Part shown: piece by piece, positions 22,550 through 36,157 of the stretch
How the letters are laid out: every line of letters starts with the position of its first letter
How positions within the stretch are numbered: the first letter of the stretch is position 1
Assembly (NCBI GenBank): GCA_964016885.1
Contig: OZ024743.1
Coordinates: forward strand, 282,100,001 to 282,164,000
DNA from: Eledone cirrhosa
Lineage: Eukaryota
Direction: 5' to 3'
Length of the DNA: 64,000 bases
Notes under the pieces: generated by a model
The model's database searches: none
The model's input: only the letters and a program-made list of their open reading frames with translations
What the model was told of the DNA's origin: nothing
Made by a program: the position numbers and the translations under genes

Positions 22550-23616
22550 AATGATGTAAATACAAATGTTCTGAAGTTGTTCTTTGGTAATTATAAAGTT
22601 AGTGATAATTTGATATCGTAATAGATACTAAAGGTATAAAAAGGGATAAGGAATAGAAAATGGAGTTAAGTTGGTCTAAAGTTCAGGAATTTCGTTGCTG
22701 ATTTGTGCCGGCAAAAGGTAGTTCGTTCAATTCTACTGTTAAGAAGGGTTTTACTGAAATTAAGAATTTGGAAAAGCTCCATATTACAGAGCCTACAATG
22801 AGACATACCAGTTTGATAGACCTTAGCTTTGACAGTATTGTCCAACTGGTCTCGTATTCAATGCCTGCATTCCTGAGTTGCCAGAAATTGTTGGCGAGAG
22901 TTGTTATATTTGATTGATTCTTATTAATCATAAAATGTCTGTGCACGTATCACCGTTATTTAAAAACACCAGCTGTGGAACCAATTTAATACCATGCCAA
23001 GCTACCTGAGTTGATAGTACACAGGTATACAACATTTTTCTCCAGAGAGCATTTGTCAGGTAAGTGGCAGTTGCATTGAAATGCTTTCCTATGCGCAGGT
23101 TCTACTATATGATTTTGAAGATTGTTATGTATGGGCTGAGAATTAGGTTTGTTGATGTATTGCGGTGGTGTGCTATGGCGTGTGTTCGGTTGCGATGATG
23201 TAATATGCGTGTGTTCTGTATTTGGTGATATGGAACTTATATGCGGGCTACTTGGATTATGAATTCTTTTGTAGTTAATTTTGTGAATGTGCGATTCTAC
23301 GTTGTTGGCATTGGAGTATGATAGTTTGATAGTTTTTCTATTAAGATTTTATGATATTTATGAATTTTAGGGAAGTGTTTGTCAACTAATTTAAAGAAAG
23401 TGAAAGGAAGCTTAGTTTTAATAGGGGAGTTAAACATTGGATTAAACCATAAGTAGTTTCTATTTCTGCATCTTCTATGGCTACTAGTGGTTTTTGTATT
23501 AGCATTCTGTTTATTTAAATTAGGTGTAGGCTGCTAATTTATGCGTTTAGACCTAGGTTTGTTGTTTCTATGGTTGTGGGAAGTTATATTAACATTAAGT
23601 GTGTTGTTATTTTTAT

Positions 23617-23617
<1 letters not shown>

Positions 23618-23707
<90 letters not shown>
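23618..23707. repeat. (TA)n(GA)n microsatellite
   Basis: Direct reading. Confidence 0.95.
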
Positions 23708-23712
<5 letters not shown>

Positions 23713-23854
23713 GAGTTTATGTTGGTTGTATACCAACACCTCAGTATGCAGGCTGGAGCACTCGACGAAGTGCGCAGGTTGGTTTGGTTACTCCGGAGTA
23801 GTGTAAAATAAAGTTAAATAAAAGTCAAATGATTAAAATTTAGCTTCGTTTATT

Positions 23855-23909
23855 ACTGCTATATATATTTCAGTGACAGCCATCTTTGGCTGTGACCTCT
23901 TCAGGCAGT
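23855..23909 (-). ncRNA. Minimal type-I hammerhead of PLE-B
   Basis: Minus strand: ACTGC CTGAAGA GGTCACAGCCA AAGA TGGCTGTCACT GAAA TATATA TA GCAGT. Stem II covaries with the PLE-A HHR. Confidence 0.9.
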
Positions 23910-25100
23910 TTGAATTAGTATGGTATAGACAAGTACATATGTTGTTTAGGTGTATGATATTGTCAATACTCTGATATGCCCAGTTCCTTGTTGGGTTGTT
24001 AATTCACTGGGGAACTGGAGTCATATGAATTCAAACAAACGAATTTTAGTGTCACAGGTCCCCTTCTCCTCTCATTGGTCAGTTATTAGTGTTGTCATTG
24101 TTGGAGTTAGCTTAAAAATTGATAAAATGGTAGAAGGGACAAGGTGTTGAAGGAACAAAATATCAAAAAATGTGTCAAACTTCCCATTGTTCAGTTCTAA
24201 GAGCATTCCTCAGTCAGAAGTCTATAGAATTCTTTCTGGGGTGAGGCTCCCTGTAGTGTTTATGCCTGCTATTGTTCAGTACATTTGACCTCCACCATTA
24301 TTTTGGTACTGTTGTTGTTGTAGTGGTCAGCTTATATCTTGCTGCTGCTAACAATTTAGAAGTATTCAGTTTGTGTTTTCTCTTCATCCCACCCGCCACC
24401 ATCGTAGTGGTGGTGGCGGGGGGGGGGGTTATTTCATGTATATGAAGAAATATAAGGCAATAAATGAAGAAAACAGAAGATAAATAAATAATATAATAAA
24501 ATAAAATAATTAATATAATTTGTGTAATTTGAAAATAAATAAATAAATAGAGAATAAAGAATAAAGAGTAAATGAGAGATTGGTGAAAAAGTAATGATAA
24601 TGTATATGGAGAAGTGAGAAATAATGTAGGATAAAGTGTGTGTGTGTGTGTGCTATAACCAATCTCAAGGTCAGAATATGTTGGATAGATTGGTATGATA
24701 CAAGATGTTAAGATGAGATATTCAATGTGTTTGTGTTATAATCTATCTCAACTTAAAATAAATATAAATATAAGGTTATACAGTGAAGAGGGCAGAAAAC
24801 AAATAACAAATTAATATAGAGAAATCAAGATTTAAGATTGGAACTTTAAAGTCAGAAATCTGGTAAATTAAAAGTGTTTGTGTTATAGATGTTGGCCAGA
24901 TTATTATGGCTGTGTCCGATTCTGTCTCTAGGCTATCATGGTGTCTGCTCCGCCTGGGTTGTTCCCTATGGCTTGAGGGGAGTTCACAACCTAGGCTGTT
25001 GTAATTGTCCATATAGCTTGAGGGAGGTCTGGCCGAGAGGTGTTTTCATGTTCTGTAGAAGTCCCTATAGCTTGAGGGGAGTTCACATCTTCTTGTGTTG

Positions 25101-27782
25101 CTACTGTCCATATATTTTGAGAAAGGTCCCGGCTCTAAGGTGTCTGCATGTCCCGAAGAAGTCGGTTCTGAGGTTTATCAGGCCGCTTCCACCTCTTAGT
25201 ATCTCGAGGGTCTCCTTCAGGCATAGTTTGCATATGCAAGATCCCCCTTTATCGGGTGGTACTTTCCTGATTATGTACCAGGCCAGAGAGTATGGGGTCC
25301 TGTCCAGCTTAAGCTTCCAGATCAGGTCGGAGAGAGCTGTGCTTTTCCTTTTGGCCTCCTTCTTGAATGAATGGCGATGGTTGTACCAGCGGTCCTTAAA
25401 GCTCGTTGATGTGGCTCCTATGTAGAGGTGTTCGGAGTTGGGGGTTTTAACCCTACAACCGTACACTATGTTCTTCTTGAGACATTCATTACCAAGGGGG
25501 CATGATTCGGGGTTTCTACAGTTGCAGAGGGTGGGCGGCCTCTGCGTGCTTAGATTAGGGTTCTCATTATGTGTTACATGTTGGTCTTCCCCCATGCTCG
25601 GTGGGGGGTCCTTGGGTCTGTTTGTGTTTCTTGGGTGGGCTCTGGGTCCCCCCTTCCCTCCTTTCACATGGTTCTGCTGAGTGTTTGTATTGCCATCTTC
25701 TGGTTGTGTGTGGTTTTTAAGCCTACTTCTGTTCATGCTAGCTATGTGTTGGGCCAAATTTCTCGTGGTGGAATACGAAAGCTTCACAGTGTGTCTGTTG
25801 AAGATCCTGTGGTATCTGTGGTCCCTCGGGAAGCATTTGTCAAGTGCTCCAAAGAACAATCGGGCCAAGCTTTTCTTTAGGGCCGCTGAGTAGGGTGGGT
25901 TGTACCACGTGATTTGTCGGTGTCTCCTCCTATATGTGTGGGTTGGGGGCTTCGTGATTTGTTGGAGATTTGTTGGTTTGCTGGTGGTTTCCGCACTGTT
26001 GCTTCCCTTTTGGGCTCTATACTTTCTGTTATCTTCACGGCCCGGATTTGTGGGGTGGTTGTTGTCTGCCCCGGGAGATCCATCGTGGGGTGGTCGCCCG
26101 TTTCCTCCCCCCCCCCACGTGTCCTGCGGTTGGGGTTGTCCGTCCTGGGGTAGTTAGCATCACGCCTGAGACTGCTACTCATATTGTGCTCCATCTCGTG
26201 GTCAAGCGCACTAGTCCCCACCGCCCGTGTGGTGGTGTCTGGTACATGGTGCCTATTTGATTTTGCTCTGCCTGTATTGTTAGGGTTCGCCCTCCCCCCT
26301 CTGGTAACGCGGTTGTGGGTGTCTGTTGGGCTATCCACCTCCCGGCTTTTCGGACTATATGTTATATTTTGTCCATGTGCCGCCTTCTTTAGAGCTGCGT
26401 TGTAATATTCCGCGTGGTTGTTGAATATTTCCTTACTTGCGGACAGGCTGGAGATCCTGTCCGAGACACTCTTCACCACTGCCTTGGTTATGGATCTAGG
26501 GTGGTTTAATTTGGCGTTAACATATACTAGTTTCTCGTTGGGCTTGTGGTAGGGGTAGTATTGCTCGGTGTTCAGGTTTAGGGTGGTGTCTAGGAAGTTA
26601 ACTACCTTCCTATTTGGGTCTATTTCTATGCTGAGCCCCTGGTTCTTAAAGAAATGGCGAATACGCCTCCTCATACCCTCCAACATATTGGTGCTGTGGT
26701 CATGTACTGTGAATAGAGCATCGTCACGATATAATCCGCCGCCCAGGCAGGGGATTTCATCTTTTATCTGCTTCAGCAGGTAGAGCCCAACCAGGTCCGT
26801 AACCTGCGCTGAGTCGCTGGAGCCCATCGTGATGTCAAAGTTATTTGGCCAATCACTCCTGGTCCACAGGTCTCCATCGAAGCGGATTAAGGTCTTTCTT
26901 GCGGCGTGGATGCTGCTCACCTCCTCTCGGGTTAGGTCCGTATTGGACATCGCTAAAAATAGGGCCTTATTAAGTACTATGGGTGAGATTGAGGAGTAGT
27001 AGCTTGCGATGTCCAGTTGTATAAAGCTGGTCCTACTTTTCTCCTGCAGTATTTTGAACCATTCTATTACTTCTCTCGTGCATGACCATTGCTGTAATTT
27101 GGTTTTTTTCCCGAAGCTTGGGCAAAATCCTATCCAGTATTCTTTTACTGACGATCCCTAGGTCAGATCTGGAGGGGGCTATTAGTCTGACAGGGAGGTC
27201 GGACTCAAAGTTTGACTTGTGGTCTTTAAGGGTAATCCGCGGCTCCCTTGGTTGGTATGGGGCCGTCCTGTCCTCTATGCCGATTCTGGATATAATCCTG
27301 TAAGCTGTGGCATTGATCTCATCCAGGGTAAATCCAGGTGTTTTTTTGTAGCACTTCCTCAGTTCCCTGAGGATTAGCTTATTGTACAGTTCAGTGTTCA
27401 TGTTGTAGAGGTTGTTTGTTTTGTCAGCATGGACAAGTATTCCAGTTGTCCCTTTAAGTACTGTAATCCGGTTTCTCAGGTGTCTGAGGTACTCCTGACT
27501 TCTGGTTGGGTTTCCGGAGAATTTGAGGTTGGATATGATGTTAATCATCTCGTTTTCAAACTCCTCCATTAGTCTGTTATGGGGGGGATTCCTCCTTGAT
27601 CGAAAAAGGTACTCCATTTTTTCTGTGTTTGTAGTTTTCTGCGTTCCTCTTTCGAAGTGGAACGCCTTCCATCTCATCCTACGGATGAGGGAGTCCGTAC
27701 TCTTGATGAGATCACTGGTGTATTCTCGTTTATCAGGTAGGGGGATGTCCTTCAGTGACGCTAAGGTTGCCAGTTTATCCAT
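25101..27782 (-). pseudogene. PLE RT plus GIY-YIG ORF with two frameshifts
   Basis: ORFs 27033-27782, 25877-26950 and 25101-25868 contain [20 protein letters not shown]-like, YIG and CKLCLKE motifs. Confidence 0.92.
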
Positions 27783-27869
27783 AGTGACTTAGGTCCGCTA
27801 CTGTTTGAAGCGCTCAACCCGTGTGGGAGCTAGATAGATTTTGAGTTTATGTTGGTTGTATACCAACAC

Positions 27870-27920
<51 letters not shown>

Positions 27921-27923
<3 letters not shown>

Positions 27924-28559
27924 GAAGAGGCCAGCTGAGAGAGTGACTGGCAGCAACCAGAGGAATATATTTAAAGCGATGAAATACCAATGTAGGTGGT
28001 TGGAAGATCACTGATGAAGGACTAATTTTATTCATATGTAATCCATGTGCAACCACGCAGCACTCCATTTTTCATATATTTATATATTTTTTCCTCCGCT
28101 GCGACCTGTCTGTTTCTTTCTTACTGCTTCCCCTTTCTCTGTATCTCTCACCTTCTTTTTACACCCTCTGCCAGTCACTCTCTCTCTCTCAGCTGTCCTC
28201 TTCCTCACACTTTCACTCACTCACTCTCTGCTTCTCCCCCTCTCTCACTTCCTCCCGTTTGACCTTTGTGAAATCCTTTTCTCGCTCACATCTAACCCAG
28301 CTCGGATGGTCTGTATCTCTCGTCTATGATTTCACCAAGCTTAAGCTTATAAGATTTCACGGACTTGTCTCCTCTCTTCTTATCTTTCCGTTGCCATACC
28401 ATCTATGTTTGTTTACATGTCTCGCTCGTTTCACCCTATTTTATGTGTCCCAATAACTTTCTTTAGTTATTGCTCGCACCAATCAGAGGTATATGATCTT
28501 TAAAGCGATGAAATACCAATGAAGGTTGGAAGATCACTGATGAAGGACTAATTTTATTC

Positions 28560-28562
<3 letters not shown>
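27921..28562 (+). mobile_element. Rearranged pseudo-LTR-like fragment (short inversion plus direct repeat carrying half a hammerhead core)
   Basis: 27921-27953 is inverted at ~28168-28206. TTTAAAGCGATGAAATACCAATG..GATCACTGATGAAGGACTAATTTTATTCATATG occurs at ~27970 and ~28499. Confidence 0.5.
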
Positions 28563-29401
<839 letters not shown>

Positions 29402-31266
29402 TCATTAGTTAAGCAAAACAAGACCACAAATTTCACAAGGAAGACATTATTAAAAGATTGTCAACATATTTTAGTTTGATGTAAGGAATGTAGAGAATAA
29501 TAATAATAATATTAATAATAATAATGTCCGTTTACAATTGTTTCGCTACTCCATATATTTCTGGATCAGATGACTATATATCATAATTGATCTGGTTCAG
29601 TTGAAAATAATTAACATATTTAAAAGACAGAGCGGCTCATCGGAACTTCAAAGGAATATAAATTAAAGTAATAATGAGATAATGTTACATAATATAATGT
29701 TCCATATATTGGTTTTTACTATGGTGTCTTGGTTGCATCAGTTGTCAGCCATAATCAAGCAGTATTCATCTGTCGAGGCTGCATTGTGTGAGATCTGCTT
29801 ATGGGTAACAAGATGGCTGCCAAAGGGCATATTTACCTTACTAATTAGAGGGTGATTTCAGGGGAAGTAACTTCTCGAGAGATTAGAAATTGTGGGTGTT
29901 TATAGTTAAGTGCTAATTTTTAAATTTTTATTAAGAGACAATGTAGGGGAGGTACCTTATAATTATCGAGTTGTTCATAGCAATTTAACTTATTAGCTAC
30001 AAGTAAAAATGGGGCTACATGACTAAGTTGGGTCAAAAATTTTATTGGCGAATGAATTAGCCCTTCGATGTTGACAGCTAATAGTTACCTCCGTTTTATC
30101 GTTAATCGGTAGAGGTCGTGATAGAGTTATGTAATATGCTTCCGGGGAGGTGTGCTACTAGAGTAATTATTGGTGTAGTGGCGTGGTGTATTTGATAGGG
30201 GTGGTGGTACCGCGGTGTGGGAGTTATACTGTCTTAGCTTATGGTGGTTACTGAACGCGATGTGGCTAGCTAGGTTAGGTGTTGTGGAGAATGAGATTTT
30301 AATGTTATTTTTATTAAAGAGTTTGTAATATCTATGGTTGGGGGGGAAGTGTTTAGATAGGATAGAGAAGCGTTTGGGGATATTAGCGGCTAGATTAGAT
30401 GAGAATGGGGGTTAAGCCAGGTGATATTTCTAGGTCTATTCCTTCTAGAGGTTCTAGTGGAGTTGGTAGGGGCCTTCCTATAGTTATTATTACCTGGGGA
30501 TTTGTTATTTGTCATCCCATTTCTCATTCCTATTCTAGGGTTGATTTTTAGTTTGCTACTTGGAGTGGGGAGCAGGCCGCTGCCACCATTAAAGTTCCCT
30601 GTATAGGTGCTGTTAATGCTAAAATTCCGGCGAATCTGGCTATATGCTAAGGTATTTCTAGTTCTAGTGTTAAGTTTATTATGGTGAATTGCTGTGTTAT
30701 GGCATTTAGGTATTAATAAATTGATTGTTTATAACCAGATTCAGAGAGAGCCTTATAATATTGTGCGTGGTTTATAAATATCTCCTCATTTGCTGATAGC
30801 ATTGAGATCCTATAGGAGATAGATTGATTTGATTACTGCTCTGATGACTGCCGGTGGGTGGTTAGAATGTGGGCTAATATGTGTGAGTATTTCACCTGGT
30901 TTATGGTAAGGGTTATATAGGTTATATAGGTTATTGTTGAGATCCAGGGTGACGTCTAGGAAGTTTACTACTTTATGGTTCGGCTCGATGGTGATAGAGA
31001 GACCGTTATTTTTTAAGAATCTATGTAATTGTTTCTTTAGCAAATCGATTTCCCGATTAGTGCAATTGTGGACTGCAAATAGGGCGTCGTCCCTGTATAT
31101 TCCGCATTGCATCGGTTGGATTTCGGCTCTGATGTTACGTAATAGGTAAATCCCAACTAAATTGGTGATTTGCGCGGAGTCACTTGAGCCCATCGTAATG
31201 TCAAAGTTGTCTGTTCTATCTTTTCTAGTCCAGAGTGCTCCGTTGAATTCAATGATAGTCTGCCTA
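29402..31266 (-). mobile_element. Decayed PLE-E with most of the endonuclease deleted
   Basis: RT ORF 30810-31266 ([26 protein letters not shown]). C-terminal INDKTEVTISCQHR at ~30060-30105. Confidence 0.8.
29530..29646 (-). ncRNA. Degenerate hammerhead of PLE-E (U4C)
   Basis: Minus strand: GTT CCGATGA GCCGCTC[loop]GAGTAGC GAAA CAATTG TA AAC. Confidence 0.55.
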
Positions 31267-31308
31267 GTATATATATACACATACATATATATATATACAT
31301 ATATATAC

Positions 31309-31358
<50 letters not shown>

Positions 31359-31383
31359 TTATATATGTATATATATGTATGTG

Positions 31384-31414
<31 letters not shown>

Positions 31415-31487
31415 GTATTAGTTTTGCGAGGTGTATGTATATATATATATATTTATATATGTATATATATATATATATATGTATGTG

Positions 31488-31519
<32 letters not shown>

Positions 31520-31649
31520 TGTATTAGTTTTGCGAGGTGTATGTATATATATATATATGTATATATATCCATATATAAAGAAAAAGGGATGAAATCGAAA
31601 ATGCAACTGAAGTCTTATTTTTTTTTTAAATATATATATTTATTTGGTT

Positions 31650-31687
31650 CCTTTACCGGTTTCGCAGTTCTTCTGCTTTTCAAAAGG
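31650..31687 (-). ncRNA. 38-nt minimal type-I hammerhead, U3-A8 variant, in a ~160-bp island between (TA)n arrays
   Basis: Minus strand: CCTT TTGAAAA GCAG AAGAA CTGC GAAA CCGG TA AAGG. Stems I and II pair perfectly; stem III is the ACCGGT palindrome. Confidence 0.8.
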
Positions 31688-31731
31688 TGAGTTGAGATGG
31701 AGGGTCTGTGGTTTTTCTCACATCTCTATCC

Positions 31732-31839
<108 letters not shown>

Positions 31840-31888
31840 TTATATATATATATATGTATATGTATATATATTTATATATATATATATT

Positions 31889-31937
<49 letters not shown>

Positions 31938-31938
31938 T

Positions 31939-32075
<137 letters not shown>

Positions 32076-32133
32076 TTATATATATATGTGTATTTATATA
32101 TATTTATATATATATATATATATTTATATATAT

Positions 32134-35032
32134 CATTGAGGGTAAAAAACGATGTTATAAGCTTTTCTGGGTGGGAAACGACGATGGGCTGGGTGGAGTA
32201 GGAATCATGGTAGCAGAAAAGTGGGCAGATAAGATAATAGACGTAAATAGAGTGAACGACAGAATAATTAAAATAAGACTTGTCCTCAATAAAACTACGG
32301 TGACAGTAATATCTGCGTACGCACCCCAATCCGGACTGCCCGGCACTATAAAAGACAGATTCTATGAGACACTGTTGCTAACTACCTCCCAAATATCTGA
32401 CAGTGACTATATAATTATTGCAGGCGACCTAAATGGTCACGTTGGACAACATTGTGACGGCTACGACGAAATCCATGGAGGCTATGGGTTTGGTACTAGA
32501 AATGAGGAAGGCTCCAGAATCCTGGAATTCTGTGATGCAAATAACCTAACTATCTGTAACACTAACTTCAAAAAACGTGACAATCACCTGATCACCTATA
32601 GATCAGGGGAACACACAAGCCAGGTAGATTATATCCTTACCAGAAGACGTGACAGAGTGTCTGTTGTAAACACTAAATCCCTCCCCCATGAAGAATGCAC
32701 CTCCCAACATAGACTGATAATTAGCGACCTCATAGTCAGGACGAGACGTACTCGACAGCAGAAGAGGACTATCCTCAGGAGGAAAATATGGAAACTAAAG
32801 GACCCCACAGCCAGAAATAAATTTCAAAGCATATTACTTGATGCTTTCGACAGTAAGGAAGAGCATCTAGAATCGGACAATATAGAGGGACAGTGGGAAT
32901 TTCTGAAAGCAAACCTGCTGTTGGCGACAGACGAAGTCTGTGGCTGGAGCAGGCCTGTAGGTAGGAGGAGAGTAACTTGGTGGTGGAACAGTAGGGTGGA
33001 GGGGTCAATTAAGGCCAAAAAGCAGGCTTGGAAAGTATGGCGGGATGGGGGAAGTAGAGTAGACTATCAAGTGACCAGGAGGGAAGCTAGGAGAGAAGTG
33101 TACTTAGCAAGAAGGGAAGCTGAGGAAAGAAAGTTCAAGCATGTTCTACAACGCGATGACCAAAAACGTGAGGTGTTCAGGATTGCCAGGCAATGCGTCA
33201 AGGAAAACCGTGATATTGTCGGGGAGAAGTGTGTACTTAACGATGATGGCATACTTGCCATCACCGACACTGATAAGAAGGTAGCTTGGAAGTGTCACTA
33301 TGAAAGGCTACTAAATGAGGAGAATAAATGGGAGAAAGACAGTCTCCCCCATATCGACCCGATAGAGGGACCAGCAGTGTTAGTCGAGGGGAGTATAATA
33401 AGTAAGGCAATCAAGGATATGAAGACGGGTAAGGCGGCTGGGCCTTCGGAAATAGTTGCTGAGATGCTGAAGGCATCTGGCACGGTGGGACACACCATGG
33501 TCACCCGCATAGTTAACCAAGTCGTACAGAATGGGGTTGTTCCGAAGGACTGGCATAGCAGCATCATCGTTAACTGTTATAAGGGTAAAGGAGACGCCCT
33601 AGATAAGAGTAACTATAGAGGCATTAAATTAATCGACCAGGTCATGAAGGTCACGGAAAAAGTAATAGCGCAACTAATCAGAGAGAGAATTGACCTAGAT
33701 GAAATGCAGTTCGGGTTTGTGTCAGGCAAAAGCACCACAGACGCCCTTTTCATAGTACGACAACTACAGGAGAAGTACCTAGCTAAAGGTAGACCCCTCT
33801 ACTTAGCTTTTGTCGACCTGGAGAAAGCCTTCGACAGAGTCCCCCGCTCCATTATCTGGTGGGCTCTTAGAAAACTAGGCGTTGACGAATGGCTTGTGAG
33901 GGCTATACAAGCCATGTATAAAGAAACAGTCAGCAAGGTTAGAATTAACAACGAATATAGTGAAGAGTTTAGCGTAAAAGTTGGCGTCCATCAGGGCTCT
34001 GTTCTCAGCCCCCTACTATTTATTATTGCCCTTCAGGCTATAACAGAGGAGTTCAAGACAGGCTGCCCATGGGAACTCCTATACGCAGACGACCTGACAC
34101 TCATAGCGGAATCAATGGCCGAGCTAGAGAAGCACGGCCTAGAGTCAAAAGGACTTAAAATTAACCTGGCTAAGACCAAAGTTCTAGTTTGTAGGAAAGA
34201 AAACAAGGCGGCGGTCCCTTCTGGGAAATGGTCGTGCTCGGTGTGTAGGAAAGGCGTAGGTAGAAACTCCATTTTATGTCCTAAATGCAAAGTATGGGTG
34301 CATAAAAGATGTAGTGGGATCACAGGTAAGCTAACTAAGAACATAGATTTTACATGTGGCCGGTGTTCTGGTGCAATAAGTAGCAGCAAGTGCCCACAAA
34401 ATACTAGCTCTTTCAATTGCGCAGAGGGTTCTATAGAAATAGTGGACAGCTTCCGTTACCTGGGCGATAAAATCAGCAGTGGGGGAGGGTGCTCTGAAAG
34501 TACTGTAGCTAGAGTCAGAACTGGTTGGAAAAAGTTCAGAGAGCTTATACCACTATTAGCTGCTAAAGGGTTCTCCCTAAAAATGAAAGGCAGGTTGTAC
34601 GATGCCTGCATACGAACAGCAATGTTGCATGGTAGTGAGACCTGGGCATTGTGTGCAGAGGATATACGCAGACTAGAGAGGAACGAAGCTTGCATGCTCC
34701 GCTGGATGTGTAACAGTAATATACGTGAACGGCAAAGCATAAACGAACTAAGGAAAAAATTAGAGATAAGAGGGATCAGATGTTGTTTACTCAAGAGAAG
34801 GCTGCGTTGGTATGGACACGTGATGCGCATGAAAGTCGATAGCTGTATAACAAAGTGCAGGGCAATAAAGATAGACGGTAGCCACGGAATAGGCAGACCT
34901 AGAAAAACATGGGATGAGCTGATAAACTCCGACCTCACACACTTACACCTCTCCAAGACAATGTCACTGGACCGAGACCTTTGGCAGTACTCAGTAACAG
35001 AGAAGACCCGCCTTGCCAGTAGGCATCTCTAA
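32134..35032 (+). CDS. RTE ORF: APE endonuclease, RT with inserted PHD-like finger, C-terminal domain (no native start)
   Basis: [53 protein letters not shown] and YLG motifs. An 18-bp in-frame deletion at ~34131 relative to the 41509 copy. Confidence 0.9.
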
Positions 35033-35393
35033 CAAAATACACCCCGTCCCACCACCACCCCCACCCCATCCACACCACCTCGTTCTATGTAAAGTTATGT
35101 TGGTGCCGCGCCATCCAGGCCGAAACAAATGAGATCGTGTAGGTGTCACGACAAAAAAACACACAGTCCACGCTGTAATGTGGCCGTGTAGGCAACACGG
35201 TAAAAACCTCCCAGACCCACACTGTAAATGTGGTTGGTGTTAGGAAGGGCATCCAACTGTAGAAAACCTGCCAGACAGTCCTATGCGAGCAAGACAATCA
35301 CTCTTGCCTCAAGTGGGACTACCCCCGTCCAAACCCATGCAAGCGTGGAACACGGACGTTAAACGTTGATGATGATGATGATGATGATGATGA
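32134..35393 (+). mobile_element. Near-complete RTE LINE, 5'-truncated within the endonuclease, flanked by (TA)n
   Basis: Open frame to 35032, 3'UTR and (GAT)n tail. Confidence 0.95.
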
Positions 35394-35407
35394 TATGTAT
35401 TTATATA

Positions 35408-35472
<65 letters not shown>

Positions 35473-35483
35473 TTATATATATA

Positions 35484-35557
<74 letters not shown>

Positions 35558-35594
35558 CATATATATATATATACATACATATATATATATATAC

Positions 35595-35691
<97 letters not shown>

Positions 35692-35919
35692 GTATATATA
35701 GGTATATAGATATGTTTTAATGTACAAATGCTATTTTCTTTTCTCTTCTCTCCATCTTCCCTGGTCCATTCATCTATCTGTATCATTTCGTCCAGAATCC
35801 AATCTTTGCTTTTTCAATGCTATTCGATAATTCTGTCTGATTGTTCAAAATAATCTTCTTGTATTTTAAAATCCCATAATTCTTCTCTTATTACTGTTAT
35901 ATGCTTGTTCAATTATGCC

Positions 35920-36157
35920 TGTAGCAGGAGTTGCCTCCCTTGTTGTGACACTCACATCACCAATAGATTAACGCTCTCTAGATAGGAAGTAGAACCCTTT
36001 CTGTAACTTCCGTTCCATAAAGGGAATAACTTTAAGCTCCCTATCTCTCATTTGCCCTTTCGGCTCCTGGCTTTCGGCCAGGCGCTTTCGCCTGGCAACC
36101 AGACGGTAACTAATAACTTTGCTTCATTCTTTCATCTATTCATTGACATGTCAAATA
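35920..36157 (+). mobile_element. Partial solo LTR related to the 49220-51312 element
   Basis: TGTAGC start. Shares GAACCCTTTCTG, AACTTTAAGCT, GCCAGGCG, GGTAACTA.TAACTTTG and TTGACATGTCAA. Confidence 0.7.

Larger units (their letters stand above)
21407..23615 (-). mobile_element. Decayed 5'-truncated PLE-D (GIY-YIG remnant plus pseudo-LTR)
   Basis: Minus strand remnants YLWFNP, KHFPKIHKYHKI, KLSYS, CNCHLPDKC and TTLANNFWQL (22683-23480). HHR near the 3' end. Confidence 0.8.
23707..27873 (-). mobile_element. Full-length Penelope-like element PLE-B (related to PLE-A)
   Basis: ORF 27782 to 25101, HHR 23855-23909, and a ~37-nt terminal overlap GATTTTGAGTTTATGTTGGTTGTATACCAACACCTCA at both ends. 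Confidence 0.9.

Noticed and set aside
28008-28050. CTGATGAAGGA as a hammerhead (also at 28538)
   Set aside because: No matching GAAA/stem III downstream in either copy. At most a truncated remnant, so not counted.
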